Source: Bdellovibrionia bacterium (lineage in GTDB: Bacteria > Bdellovibrionota > UBA1018). From it: a stretch of 64,000 nt of DNA. Under the pieces are notes generated by a model. That model saw nothing but the letters and a program-made list of their open reading frames with translations, searched no databases and had not been told where the DNA came from. Shown here piece after piece: positions 19,627 through 28,654 of this stretch. The DNA lies in NCBI GenBank assembly GCA_040399745.1, contig JBBARP010000001.1, positions 298,617 to 362,616 of the forward strand, read 5' to 3'. Each line of letters opens with the position of its first letter. Position 1 is the first letter of the stretch. A program made the translations under genes and the position numbers.

Positions 19627-20670
19627 TTAGGGGCTTGTGAAACTGCACCCGGGGCGGGGAGCGCATCCCATCATTTGCCGAAGGCCTGGGTGGGCGCCGT
19701 AGATCCCCTGAATTCGGCTCCGAGCCGAGGGGTAAGAACCCGTCAGAGTTTCTAAGAAGGGCACTTCCCGGTCGCAGAGGTCCAGAACCGAGTTACGAAT
19801 CGCCACGCGCAGGCCAGCCCCGTCCAATTCCGGGCGGGAGGCCCGGAGCGCCTCATAGACGGCTTGGGAGGCCAGCCAATCCGAGAAAGCTTCGGCCAGC
19901 TGGTCATGCTCCTGGCATTCCGCCCGAGCTCGGTGGAGCTTCACAGCCCCCGATCGAATCAAGCAGGCATTCAGCCGGTCGTAGGCCGGGAAGGATCGGT
20001 TTGCGGCTCGAAGCTCGCAAGGGTCGATCGAATGGCCCAGCTCGTGCGCAAAGGTTGCAACCCAGTTGAACCAGGAATTGACCGAAAGCAAGTAGCCGCC
20101 GCCCATTCGAATCCTGCGCAATCCATCCGGCCGTTTTTCAAAGTACACCTGGGATTCCGTCAGTAGGCCTGGATCTTCGCGATAGGGGTTCTCGGGGGTA
20201 GGGAGGTCGAGTTGGACCGAGTGAATGGAGGCGGTGAGGAATCGCCGTTCGTCGGAGCTCAGATCCGTGAGCGGTTGTTTCTCGAGAAAACGCTCCAGCG
20301 TTTGGCGAGTCCATCGGAATGCCGTTTGGAGTCGGGCGATTCGTTCTGCCGTATAAACAGCGCGAACCAGCTCTCCAGTTTGCTGCTCTTCACTCCAATC
20401 GGGATGATCTTCTCGAATACCCTCGAGAAGGGACTCGGCTTCCGCTTCCCCGTCCGCGTCCCGACCTACTTCCCCGGTCAAGTCTCGGCGAACCGTTTCG
20501 TCATCGCAAACCCACGAATGAAAGTCGGCACAGGCCTGAGGAGCATCCACCGAAGGCTGCGGTGCCGGGCCTAACCAGTGGCCAGCCTCCAAAGCAAGCC
20601 ATGCCAAGATCAGTCCTGGCAGGCCGGTGGTCCGGATGAGTTTGCGAAACAGCCGCCTGAGCGCGCTCAA
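19627..20670 (-). CDS. Membrane-anchored zincin metallopeptidase, compact M13-like
   Basis: N-terminal hydrophobic anchor, CADFHSWVC, FAHELGHSID, EAFSD, YPSARSRI. Confidence 0.65.
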   Translation of the reverse strand: MSALRRLFRKLIRTTGLPGLILAWLALEAGHWLGPAPQPSVDAPQACADFHSWVCDDETVRRDLTGEVGRDADGEAEAESLLEGIREDHPDWSEEQQTGELVRAVYTAERIARLQTAFRWTRQTLERFLEKQPLTDLSSDERRFLTASIHSVQLDLPTPENPYREDPGLLTESQVYFEKRPDGLRRIRMGGGYLLSVNSWFNWVATFAHELGHSIDPCELRAANRSFPAYDRLNACLIRSGAVKLHRARAECQEHDQLAEAFSDWLASQAVYEALRASRPELDGAGLRVAIRNSVLDLCDREVPFLETLTGSYPSARSRIQGIYGAHPGLRQMMGCAPRPGCSFTSP

Positions 20671-21419
20671 AATAACAGGCTCACCGTTTTCAGGAACAGC
20701 ACGCCCATGACGAGGAAGCCGGAAAGAAGAACTCCCAAAAATAGCAGTTTTGGGAAAAGTGCGATGACGAGGGCTCGCAGATTGCTGATTCGATACACTT
20801 CGCGAGCACCAATCACTGTGACGATCAGAATGCAGATTCGGGAGACGGGCGTGCCCACGACGGGAATAGCTGCCAGAATCGCGGGTGCCATCCCGAACGA
20901 GACCACGCGCAGTGCGGTCGGATAATCGATGGTCTCAGGCGAACCCGACTTGCCCGGCGTGACTAGCCAGCGGGCGCCCAGATAAACCAGCGCCGAATTG
21001 AACAGCAGTGAGACGACGCCGACCAAAGGGGCAACCAAAACGGCGCTGGTGCTCCAAAACCAGTTCATCAAACGATCTCGCGCCTCCAGGATCAGCTCAG
21101 TCTGTCCGGGATGATCGACCTCGGCCACTTCGCCGGCGATACGAAAAATATCGTCCATTCCTCCGATCAAGTAGCGGCCCAAAGCGCCTTGCCAGAGGAA
21201 CTCCACGACCGATCCGAGCCAAATCCCCACTAAGGCAAATGCCAAAGGCCCAACGACGCTCGATCCTCGAGGCATCGCCCGGAAGAAAAGGGTGGGGCGA
21301 GTCAGGATGTTCCAGACGTCGTGAAAATAACGATGAATCCAGTCCGATGCCGTTGGATCGGGTTGAATGGAGATCGTGTCAGGAGTTTCCGCTTTGCTGG
21401 GGCTTTGAGGGATTTCCAT
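20667..21419 (-). CDS. Yip1-domain membrane protein
   Basis: ILTRPTLFF N-terminal motif followed by about five hydrophobic segments, including LAAIPVVG. Confidence 0.75.
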   Translation of the reverse strand: MEIPQSPSKAETPDTISIQPDPTASDWIHRYFHDVWNILTRPTLFFRAMPRGSSVVGPLAFALVGIWLGSVVEFLWQGALGRYLIGGMDDIFRIAGEVAEVDHPGQTELILEARDRLMNWFWSTSAVLVAPLVGVVSLLFNSALVYLGARWLVTPGKSGSPETIDYPTALRVVSFGMAPAILAAIPVVGTPVSRICILIVTVIGAREVYRISNLRALVIALFPKLLFLGVLLSGFLVMGVLFLKTVSLLF

Positions 21420-22881
21420 CCGGAGCCTTTCCCGAAGTTTGGGCCGGCGCTTGGAAGGCGTCGCGGCGTTGAGGGAGCATATCCCAGATGGAAGGATCTA
21501 CCACGAAGACCTCGGAACGCTTGGAGTCGAGATCGCGCGCGTAGAGTTGTTCGCCTTTTTTCCAAAAGCGGAGGCGCTTTTTGGAGATGTCCTGCGCGTC
21601 GGCTAGGCGCACTAGAACGCCGCTTTCTTCGCCCGAAGGGACCTTCGCGCCGGTGAGAAATTCCCGGATCCGATTTCCGGAAAGGCGGTCCAGCAGCTGC
21701 TGCGTCTTTTCTTGACTCAGGTCTGTCCCGCTCAGGATCAGGGGATCCTTGCCGAGAGCTTTGCTTTCAAAGATCAGCTTTTTCACGGCAAAGCGTTCCA
21801 TCGAGGTCAGCAGCTTGGAGAGTCGAAGCTCGGCCAGGGATGGGTTCAAGCGATCGGAGGTCGAGCCTTCGACTTCGAAAACCGGGTCGGCTTGCGAAGA
21901 GAGTACGTAGGACTGACGCTTTTCGCCTTTCCCTTTTTCTTGGAACCGAAGCTCGGTCTCCTTGCCGGCCGTGTCCTTCAGGATCAAGGTCAGCGCGGTT
22001 TTGGTGCCTTTCAGGAAGGGCCCTGCAGCAGGCGATGTGCGACTATCGGCGGCAAACCGAGTGGCTTGAAGCGCTGTGGCGCTAGCGACAATGCCGTCCA
22101 AGTTCTCGGGGTCGCCCGGAAGGGTTTCAGTCGTACCACCGCGGGTGAGTGTGAGATCCCATTGACCGGGCTGTTTCTTGGAAGCCACCACAGTCTGCTT
22201 CTCGCTGACGATTCGAATTTCCGACACGTCGCTGTTCTTCAGGGTGGTGATCCGTTTGTTGCGCCACCAGGTCAGGTCGTGCGTGAATTGGGCACGGACC
22301 GAAATCGGTACAAGCAGCGCTTGGGTTTCCTGGCCTTCGATCAGGCCGAATACGGAATTCCCCAGCGGATGAGGCTCGCCCACCCAAAGTTGTCGAGAGG
22401 GGCCGTTGACAGGCTCAACGGTGATTGAATTTCTTCGTCCTGCGTCACGCTCTTCTTTGGACAGACCGTAATCCTGCAGGAGCGCTTTTTGTTTCTCCGG
22501 CTTGTCCTCGGCCAGGGAGATGGTTTCCGTTCGATTCAGGTTCGCCACGGCAGAAAGCAGCGCGTTCACGTTCGAGTCGTCCGCGCTGAATTTTCCTGGT
22601 GAGGTCAGCGCCCAGCGAGATTGATCACCGGGCTTACAGAATCCGGCCGAGACGTCCAAGCATTGAAAGCTTTGGATGGTCTTTCCAATCTGAAGTTTAA
22701 GCGCTGCGACAGCTTGGCTTTTTAACTCGAAAACTTTCCCTTGCTCGGCTTCTTGGTCCTCTTGAGCCGGGCGGTGTTTGTACTCGAGCCAGATCGCGAA
22801 ACTGCTCACGGCAACCAAGCTCGTCGCGAGCAGAAGGGGTTTCTTCCAGTTCGGGGACGTCAAGGCCGGTGCTTCACTCAT
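21379..22881 (-). CDS. DUF4340-like periplasmic protein
   Basis: N-terminal TM, ADDSNVNALL, YGL and WRNKRI patterns; usual position after GldG. Confidence 0.75.
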   Translation of the reverse strand: MSEAPALTSPNWKKPLLLATSLVAVSSFAIWLEYKHRPAQEDQEAEQGKVFELKSQAVAALKLQIGKTIQSFQCLDVSAGFCKPGDQSRWALTSPGKFSADDSNVNALLSAVANLNRTETISLAEDKPEKQKALLQDYGLSKEERDAGRRNSITVEPVNGPSRQLWVGEPHPLGNSVFGLIEGQETQALLVPISVRAQFTHDLTWWRNKRITTLKNSDVSEIRIVSEKQTVVASKKQPGQWDLTLTRGGTTETLPGDPENLDGIVASATALQATRFAADSRTSPAAGPFLKGTKTALTLILKDTAGKETELRFQEKGKGEKRQSYVLSSQADPVFEVEGSTSDRLNPSLAELRLSKLLTSMERFAVKKLIFESKALGKDPLILSGTDLSQEKTQQLLDRLSGNRIREFLTGAKVPSGEESGVLVRLADAQDISKKRLRFWKKGEQLYARDLDSKRSEVFVVDPSIWDMLPQRRDAFQAPAQTSGKAPDGNPSKPQQSGNS

Positions 22882-22897
22882 GATGGAGACTCCTTGC

Positions 22898-24421
22898 TTA
22901 CAGTCGACGACGGCGGACCCACACTCCCACGCCTGCGAGAGCAGCTAGAGCAGGAGTCAGCACCACCGAAATCCAGAAAACCAGGCTGTTCTGTTTGGCG
23001 GTGAGCTCGATCTTACCGGGGCCTTCGTCCTTGGCGCGAATCGAGATCAAGTTTTCATCTTCGAGCACCCAGCTGGCTGCGTTCAGGATGAAATCGAGAT
23101 TTCCTCCGAAGCGGCTGAACTGATTCGTGGCAAAGCCCGAGCTTCCGAAAACGACCAGTCGCGTGTTGCGCGGGGCTTTGGAGTCCTTCAATTTGCCTTC
23201 GACCGCAACCGCCGTACTCAGCGGGCCTTGCTTATCTGTGCCTGCGTCTTGGCGAACTTGACCGCTCGCGATTTGAGCAGGACTTGTCTCGCCCCAGCTT
23301 TGCGGGGTGGTTTGAGCGAGCCACTGCACGTTCATCCCGGCCGGAGCGCCAGAAATAATCTCAAGTGGTCGGGCAATCGGGAAAGTGCAATTCTGTTGGA
23401 AGTCGCGCGTGATGGGGTTGTCTTTCGAGTAGCTCACCAAGAGCGGCGCGACGGCATCGCCCCCAAAACGCTGGGAGACTGGGTCGACGATCAGGGCTTG
23501 GACGGGGCGAATTTGCCACTCGTTCAGCACTGCAAGGAGTTCCGGCGCGGGTTCTTGGCCTTTCAAGTCGGCATCCAGAGCCACGACGGCACGCCCGCCG
23601 TTTGCCAGGAAATCGCGGATGAGTTTCACTTCATTGGCGAAGAACGCTTTGGTCGGTCCAATGATGGCGATTGCGTCGCAAGTCTCGGGCAGCTTTCCTT
23701 CCGTCACCAGGTTGATTTCCCGGGTTTCGTAAGACTGATCCTCGAGCGCTTTTTTCACCGCTTCCAGGCCGTCCGCTTGGTTTCCGGCAAGCGACTTCTC
23801 GCCGTGACCTGTCAGTGCGCAGAGTGTTTGCTTCTTCGAGCGAGTCAACTTGATCAGAGCGTTCGTGACTTTCTCCTCGGTGGGTTCTTCCACTTTGGTT
23901 TCACGATCCCCGATCACGAGTTGAAGAGTTCCGTACTTCTTGATTCCCGCAAGTTTCGTTCGCGCCACTTCCTTATCGGGATCGACCACTTCTGATCGAA
24001 ACTTCGGCGAGAGGTTCTCATAGTTTTCGAGCAGCATTCTGAGCTGTTCGCGTTGCTGAGTCTTTGCGAAATGGATGGCTTTGACCGGGTCCTTGAGGCT
24101 CAAAATCACCTTCCGGGTTTGATCCGAAAGGGAATGAGCTTGGTTTCTCGTCAGGTCCCATTTTCCGGGGTAGCGCGAGGCCAAGAAATTCACCACGGCC
24201 ACCAAGGAAAGAACCAAGACGGTGATCAAGGCGCTGTGAAGTCCGTAGGCCGCGGTACGAGACCGCAACGCCATCCAGTTCTTCTGAAGCAGGTACCCGA
24301 GCCAAAGGGCGAGTCCCGAGGCGAGAGCCACGGTCAGCCAGGTCATTTCAGGAAGGATGGAGCGCGCCATGAGCAGCGCAACGGCCAGAACGAAAGTGAT
24401 CAGAGCGTGAAGGGCGGTCAT
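22898..24421 (-). CDS. GldG-like ABC transporter auxiliary protein
   Basis: WDLTRNQAHSLSDQT, LTGHGE, RLVVFGS, GNLDFILNAASW, C-terminal TM ending RRRR. Confidence 0.88.
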   Translation of the reverse strand: MTALHALITFVLAVALLMARSILPEMTWLTVALASGLALWLGYLLQKNWMALRSRTAAYGLHSALITVLVLSLVAVVNFLASRYPGKWDLTRNQAHSLSDQTRKVILSLKDPVKAIHFAKTQQREQLRMLLENYENLSPKFRSEVVDPDKEVARTKLAGIKKYGTLQLVIGDRETKVEEPTEEKVTNALIKLTRSKKQTLCALTGHGEKSLAGNQADGLEAVKKALEDQSYETREINLVTEGKLPETCDAIAIIGPTKAFFANEVKLIRDFLANGGRAVVALDADLKGQEPAPELLAVLNEWQIRPVQALIVDPVSQRFGGDAVAPLLVSYSKDNPITRDFQQNCTFPIARPLEIISGAPAGMNVQWLAQTTPQSWGETSPAQIASGQVRQDAGTDKQGPLSTAVAVEGKLKDSKAPRNTRLVVFGSSGFATNQFSRFGGNLDFILNAASWVLEDENLISIRAKDEGPGKIELTAKQNSLVFWISVVLTPALAALAGVGVWVRRRRL

Positions 24422-24426
24422 CGTGC

Positions 24427-25191
24427 TTACCTCCAACGATAGGAATCCAACACCCGGTGAGTGAGGAAGAGCCCCGTTCCAATGAAAGAAAGGAAGAACA
24501 GGGCGTCATGGCTAGCCAAAACTCCTTGTCCGAAGTTCTGATAATGACTGATCAAGGACAGATAATTCAGGACGTCCGAGGCCACGGGACCTGCCGATTG
24601 AGCGGCCCAGTTGATCAACCAGAAAAACAGTCCGCCAGCGAAGGTCAGCGCACCCGCGACGATCTGATTCTCGGTGGTTGCCGAAAAAAGTAGACCGATG
24701 GCTAGATAGCACCCGCTGAGCAGAAGCGTTCCGAGGTAGCTGGTGAAGATCGGGCCCGCTTCCGGATTGCCTGCCCAGAAAAGAATCACGGGATAAATCA
24801 GGGTGCAGGCCAAGAGCGTGAGGTTCAGAAGGAATGCCGAGAGAAATTTTCCGACAATGATCTCGGTCAGCGTCAGCGGTGAGGTCATGAGAAGGGCCAA
24901 CGTCTGGTTCTTCCGCTCCTCGGCCAGCAGGCGCATGGTGATGAACGGAGTCATGAACAGCAGAATGACGTTCATGTTTCCGTAGAGCGGCCGAATCAGG
25001 CCATCGGTGAGCGTGGGTTGTTTTCCCATTCCCATCTGCTGGTACTGCATCGACTGAAGGTTGAAGTAATTCAGGTTAAAAAAGAACATCCAACCCATGA
25101 TCAGTAGGAATCCAGCGATCACGATGTAGGCGATGGGCGAAGCGAAATAGGCCCGGTAGTCGCGTCGGGCAACGGTCCAAACGTTTTTCAT
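24427..25191 (-). CDS. GldF-like ABC-2 permease
   Basis: YFASPIAY, PFITMRLLAEERK, TENQIVA. Confidence 0.9.
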   Translation of the reverse strand: MKNVWTVARRDYRAYFASPIAYIVIAGFLLIMGWMFFFNLNYFNLQSMQYQQMGMGKQPTLTDGLIRPLYGNMNVILLFMTPFITMRLLAEERKNQTLALLMTSPLTLTEIIVGKFLSAFLLNLTLLACTLIYPVILFWAGNPEAGPIFTSYLGTLLLSGCYLAIGLLFSATTENQIVAGALTFAGGLFFWLINWAAQSAGPVASDVLNYLSLISHYQNFGQGVLASHDALFFLSFIGTGLFLTHRVLDSYRWR

Positions 25192-26114
25192 TTGGCTTCC
25201 TCCGTGGTGAGCTGAACGAACACATCTTCCAGGCTCAATTTTTCTGCAGCGAATTCCAGAACGCCCATCCGAGCTTGAACTGCCGTCTCGACGATGCGGT
25301 CGCGGACTTCACCCGCTTCGGGCGCCACTTCGAGAAGGATTTTGGAGCCCTCAGTGCTCACAGAAGTCACGCCTGGAAGCGACTTCAGTGCTGCGATGGC
25401 GCTGGGTTCCGTTTGCCGCACTTGGAGCGTGAAGACTTGCCCCCGCTTCAGGCGGTTACTGAGTTGTTCAAAAGTGTCTTGCGCAACGATGCGGCCTTTG
25501 TTGATCACGATCACGCGCTGACAAGTCGCTGCCACTTCGGGAAGGATGTGCGTACTGAGGATGACGGTGTGTTCCCCGGCTAGGCCTTTGATGAGCTCCC
25601 GAATCTCGATGATTTGCTTGGGGTCGAGACCCACGGTGGGTTCGTCGAGAATCAGAACGGCAGGATTGTGGACCAGAGTTTGCGCAAGACCGACGCGCTG
25701 CTTGTAGCCTTTGGAAAGGTTACCGATCAGTCGGCCGGCCACGTGCCCCAGAGACGTCTTGTCGATGGCGAGTCCCACCGAAGCGCGTCGTTTTGCAGAC
25801 GGGACTTGATGGAGGCGTGCGGCGTGATCCAGGTAATCCAGCACCGTCATCTCGTTGTAGACGGGGGGAGTTTCCGGCAAATAGCCGACGTTTCGCTTCA
25901 CTTCGATGGTTTGATCAAAGACGTCAAAGCCCGCGACGGTGACCTTGCCGAGGGTTGCCGGCATGAAGCCTGTCAGGATCTTCATCGTCGTACTTTTTCC
26001 TGCGCCGTTGGGCCCCAGGAATCCGACGACTTCGCCTTTCTTCACTTCAAAGCTCAAGTCATTCACGGCCGTTCTCAGGCCGTACATCTTGGTCAGGTGG
26101 GAAACGGTGATCAT
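25188..26114 (-). CDS. GldA-like ABC ATP-binding protein
   Basis: GPNGAGKST, LSKGYKQRVGLAQ, ILDEPTVGLDP; ATG at 26114. Confidence 0.93.
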   Translation of the reverse strand: MITVSHLTKMYGLRTAVNDLSFEVKKGEVVGFLGPNGAGKSTTMKILTGFMPATLGKVTVAGFDVFDQTIEVKRNVGYLPETPPVYNEMTVLDYLDHAARLHQVPSAKRRASVGLAIDKTSLGHVAGRLIGNLSKGYKQRVGLAQTLVHNPAVLILDEPTVGLDPKQIIEIRELIKGLAGEHTVILSTHILPEVAATCQRVIVINKGRIVAQDTFEQLSNRLKRGQVFTLQVRQTEPSAIAALKSLPGVTSVSTEGSKILLEVAPEAGEVRDRIVETAVQARMGVLEFAAEKLSLEDVFVQLTTEEAK

Positions 26115-26137
26115 CGTTATGCCTCTTACGAGGCCGC

Positions 26138-26165
26138 ATTCTAGGAGGCTGGCGCGAATTTTCAA
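26138..26165 (-). promoter_or_regulatory. Putative sigma70 promoter of the gldA-like operon
   Basis: Minus strand TTGAAA-16 nt-TAGAAT. Confidence 0.5.
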
Positions 26166-26205
26166 CCCCCATCCGAGGAAAGCGCTAAGGGGAGGGAGAA
26201 TTCGT

Positions 26206-26224
26206 ACTAACGCATCGCGTTAGT
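26206..26224. terminator. Hairpin just downstream of the DHH gene
   Basis: ACTAACGC-atc-GCGTTAGT perfect 8-bp inverted repeat; no clear U-tract. Confidence 0.35.
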
Positions 26225-26232
26225 TTCTTGGC

Positions 26233-27288
26233 TTATTTGCCGAATTTTTCGAACTGGTCGATTAAGGGCTCGAGTCGCTTGACGACCGCCTCGACGGTGC
26301 TCTTCATCGAACCGTTGACTTGAAGACCTGCCGCGAATTCATGGCCGCCACCACCTAGGTCTGCAGCCAGGCGATTCACGACGATTCTTCCCTTACTCTT
26401 CAGCGAAACACGAATCTGGCCTTCGTCTTCCTCGCGGAACAAGCACACGACTTCCGCATCTTTGAGAAGCAGAAGCAGATTGAGGAACGACAAAGTATCG
26501 TCCGCAGAGGCGAGGTATTTCTTACGCGTGTCGAGCGCCATCTCGAGCCACGCTACTTTTCCGTTCATCGTCACTTTGACGTTTTGCAGGACGTGCCCCA
26601 GCAGTTGCAGGTGAGAGACGTCTTTCGAGGAGTAGATGGCCTGATAAACTTCTTCCGCATTCACTCCGAGTTCAATCATCTCGGCGGCGATTCGGTGCGA
26701 CTGCGGCGTGGTGCGGGAGTAGCGAAAGCTATTGGTGTCGGTCATGACCGATACGTACAGACCCAGCCCGATGTCGCGATTGATCTTGCAGAGATTCAGC
26801 TCCCCGAAAATGCGGTAAAGCATTTCGCCGATCGAGCTTGAGTCCGTGTCGGAGACGACCTGGGCGTGAGGTGGATAAGTGATTTCGCTTTGACCGGTTG
26901 GCAGGGGGTGATGGTCCAGGAAAATGATCTTCTTCGTGCGAAGATTCATCTCCTGCCAGACTTTTCCTAGGCGGCGCGGATCATTGGTGTCGACGATGAT
27001 CCACAAATCACAATTGTCCCAAAGCTCGACTTGACCCGGACCCAGTAGGAACTGCGCTTTCGGATCGAGGAACCGGTAACGCTTAGGCAATTGGTCTGGG
27101 TTGTAAACCCGGCACGCTTTCTTGGCGCGCTTCAAATAGTGGTAAAGCGCGGCTTCTGCTCCGAGGCCATCACCATCGGGCAGGAGGTGTGTCGAAATCA
27201 GCACACGCTTGGCTTGTTCGAGTTGCTGACGGAGGGCGCCAAAGTCTTTTGCTTTCGCGGCGTCGGACTTCTCTCTTTTGGTGCTCAA
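26233..27288 (-). CDS. DHH/DHHA1 phosphoesterase (NrnA-like nanoRNase/pAp phosphatase)
   Basis: HLLPDGDGLG, VDT, LDHH, TDTNSF, GGGGHEFAAG. Confidence 0.92.
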   Translation of the reverse strand: MSTKREKSDAAKAKDFGALRQQLEQAKRVLISTHLLPDGDGLGAEAALYHYLKRAKKACRVYNPDQLPKRYRFLDPKAQFLLGPGQVELWDNCDLWIIVDTNDPRRLGKVWQEMNLRTKKIIFLDHHPLPTGQSEITYPPHAQVVSDTDSSSIGEMLYRIFGELNLCKINRDIGLGLYVSVMTDTNSFRYSRTTPQSHRIAAEMIELGVNAEEVYQAIYSSKDVSHLQLLGHVLQNVKVTMNGKVAWLEMALDTRKKYLASADDTLSFLNLLLLLKDAEVVCLFREEDEGQIRVSLKSKGRIVVNRLAADLGGGGHEFAAGLQVNGSMKSTVEAVVKRLEPLIDQFEKFGK

Positions 27289-27335
27289 GCTCGAATCCTT
27301 CCTGACCGAACCATGGAAAAGAGGTCATTGATCGC

Positions 27336-27701
27336 ATGAAACCGAGTCCGATGGATCCGCTGTATGTCATCTTTGAACAACATCTGTTCAACTTTCAGGA
27401 TCCGGAGATCGATCGAAAGACGCTCATCCTGAGAATCGTGACCGACTATCTCGATTATTTACGTAAGAGAAATGTTACCGTACCCCGGTCACTCGAGCAA
27501 CCGATCGTCGAAGAACTTGCCACTCAGGTCAATACGATGCTGGTGAAGAAGATCTACGGCTGTCCGAATCTTCACGAATTCCAGCGTTTGGCTCCGCCCC
27601 CCCAGAAGCGCCGTGCGCGTTCTCGGTACGGGAAGCTGGTCAGCGGGAAAGAAGCCAAGCCCGCCGGGAAGCCAGCAGCGCGGGTTCGGGAAAAAGCCTG
27701 A
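27336..27701 (+). CDS. Hypothetical protein
   Basis: 121-aa ORF with SD GAGG, filling the gap between the DHH gene and rimK. Confidence 0.75.
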   Translation: MKPSPMDPLYVIFEQHLFNFQDPEIDRKTLILRIVTDYLDYLRKRNVTVPRSLEQPIVEELATQVNTMLVKKIYGCPNLHEFQRLAPPPQKRRARSRYGKLVSGKEAKPAGKPAARVREKA

Positions 27702-27719
27702 TTTCTTAGGCATCTCGAG

Positions 27720-27743
27720 GCGCTGACGAAAAAGCGTCAGCGC
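27720..27743. terminator. Hairpin between convergent genes
   Basis: GCGCTGACG-aaaaag-CGTCAGCGC followed by TTT; overlaps the rimK stop. Confidence 0.45.
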
Positions 27744-28615
27744 TTTGCCGCTTTCATCATGTAGCGGACGATTTGCGAAGCGATGTTGAGTCCGGTGGCG
27801 CGTTCGATGCCTTCGAATCCGGGCGAGCTGTTGACTTCGATGATGAGCGGACCCGAGTTGCTGTCCATCAGATCGACTCCGGCCACTCGCAGTCCCAGTT
27901 TTCTTGCAGCGCGGATCGCTGCGATCGAGAAGTCCTTCGGCAGCGTCACTAAACTGCCGCTGCCTCCGCGGTGAATGTTCGAACGAAAATCACCTTCCGG
28001 AGCGGTACGCCTCATGGCAGCAACCACTTTGTTTCCGATCACAAACGCGCGGTAGTCGCGCCCGGCGCCTTCGGCAATGAATTGCTGGATGATGACGTCT
28101 TGGCCGAGGCCTCGCAGCGTATCCATCACGGAGCCGAGTGAAATCGGGGAATTCACGAGCATGACGCCGACGCCTTGTGTCCCTTGTAGAACTTTCAAGA
28201 CGACCGGCAGACCGCCGACCGAGGCCACAGCGCTTCGGATTCCGCGAGGAGAGCGGGTCAGGACGGAGACCGGGACTTTGAGGCCTGCGCCCGAAAGAAT
28301 CTGCAAGCAGCGCATTTTGTCGCGCGAGTCAGCGATTGCGGCCGACGAATTCACGAGGAATGTGTCCAACGTTTCAAACTGCTTCACCACCGCCAAACCG
28401 TAGTCGGTAATCGATGCGCCGATGCGAGGCAGGACTGCATCGTAGTGAGGCAGATCGCGAGTGCCGACCAGGATCCGGTTCTTTCCCCCTTCGACCATCA
28501 AGTGACAGTCCAGAGGATTGACGACATCAAACTCGACTCCGAGGGGCCGAGCTTCTTGGAGAAGCCGGCGAACGCTGTGGAGGTTTTTGTTGCGGGAAAG
28601 GATGGCGAAACGCAT
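27737..28615 (-). CDS. rimK: RimK-family ATP-grasp alpha-L-glutamate ligase
   Basis: MRFAILSRN, PRIGASIT, GTQGVGV, FRSNIHRGG, EVNSSPGFEGIE. Confidence 0.92.
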   Translation of the reverse strand: MRFAILSRNKNLHSVRRLLQEARPLGVEFDVVNPLDCHLMVEGGKNRILVGTRDLPHYDAVLPRIGASITDYGLAVVKQFETLDTFLVNSSAAIADSRDKMRCLQILSGAGLKVPVSVLTRSPRGIRSAVASVGGLPVVLKVLQGTQGVGVMLVNSPISLGSVMDTLRGLGQDVIIQQFIAEGAGRDYRAFVIGNKVVAAMRRTAPEGDFRSNIHRGGSGSLVTLPKDFSIAAIRAARKLGLRVAGVDLMDSNSGPLIIEVNSSPGFEGIERATGLNIASQIVRYMMKAAKR

Positions 28616-28654
28616 TGGTAATGACCTGAGGGGGAATGTAGCATCGAGGGGACG

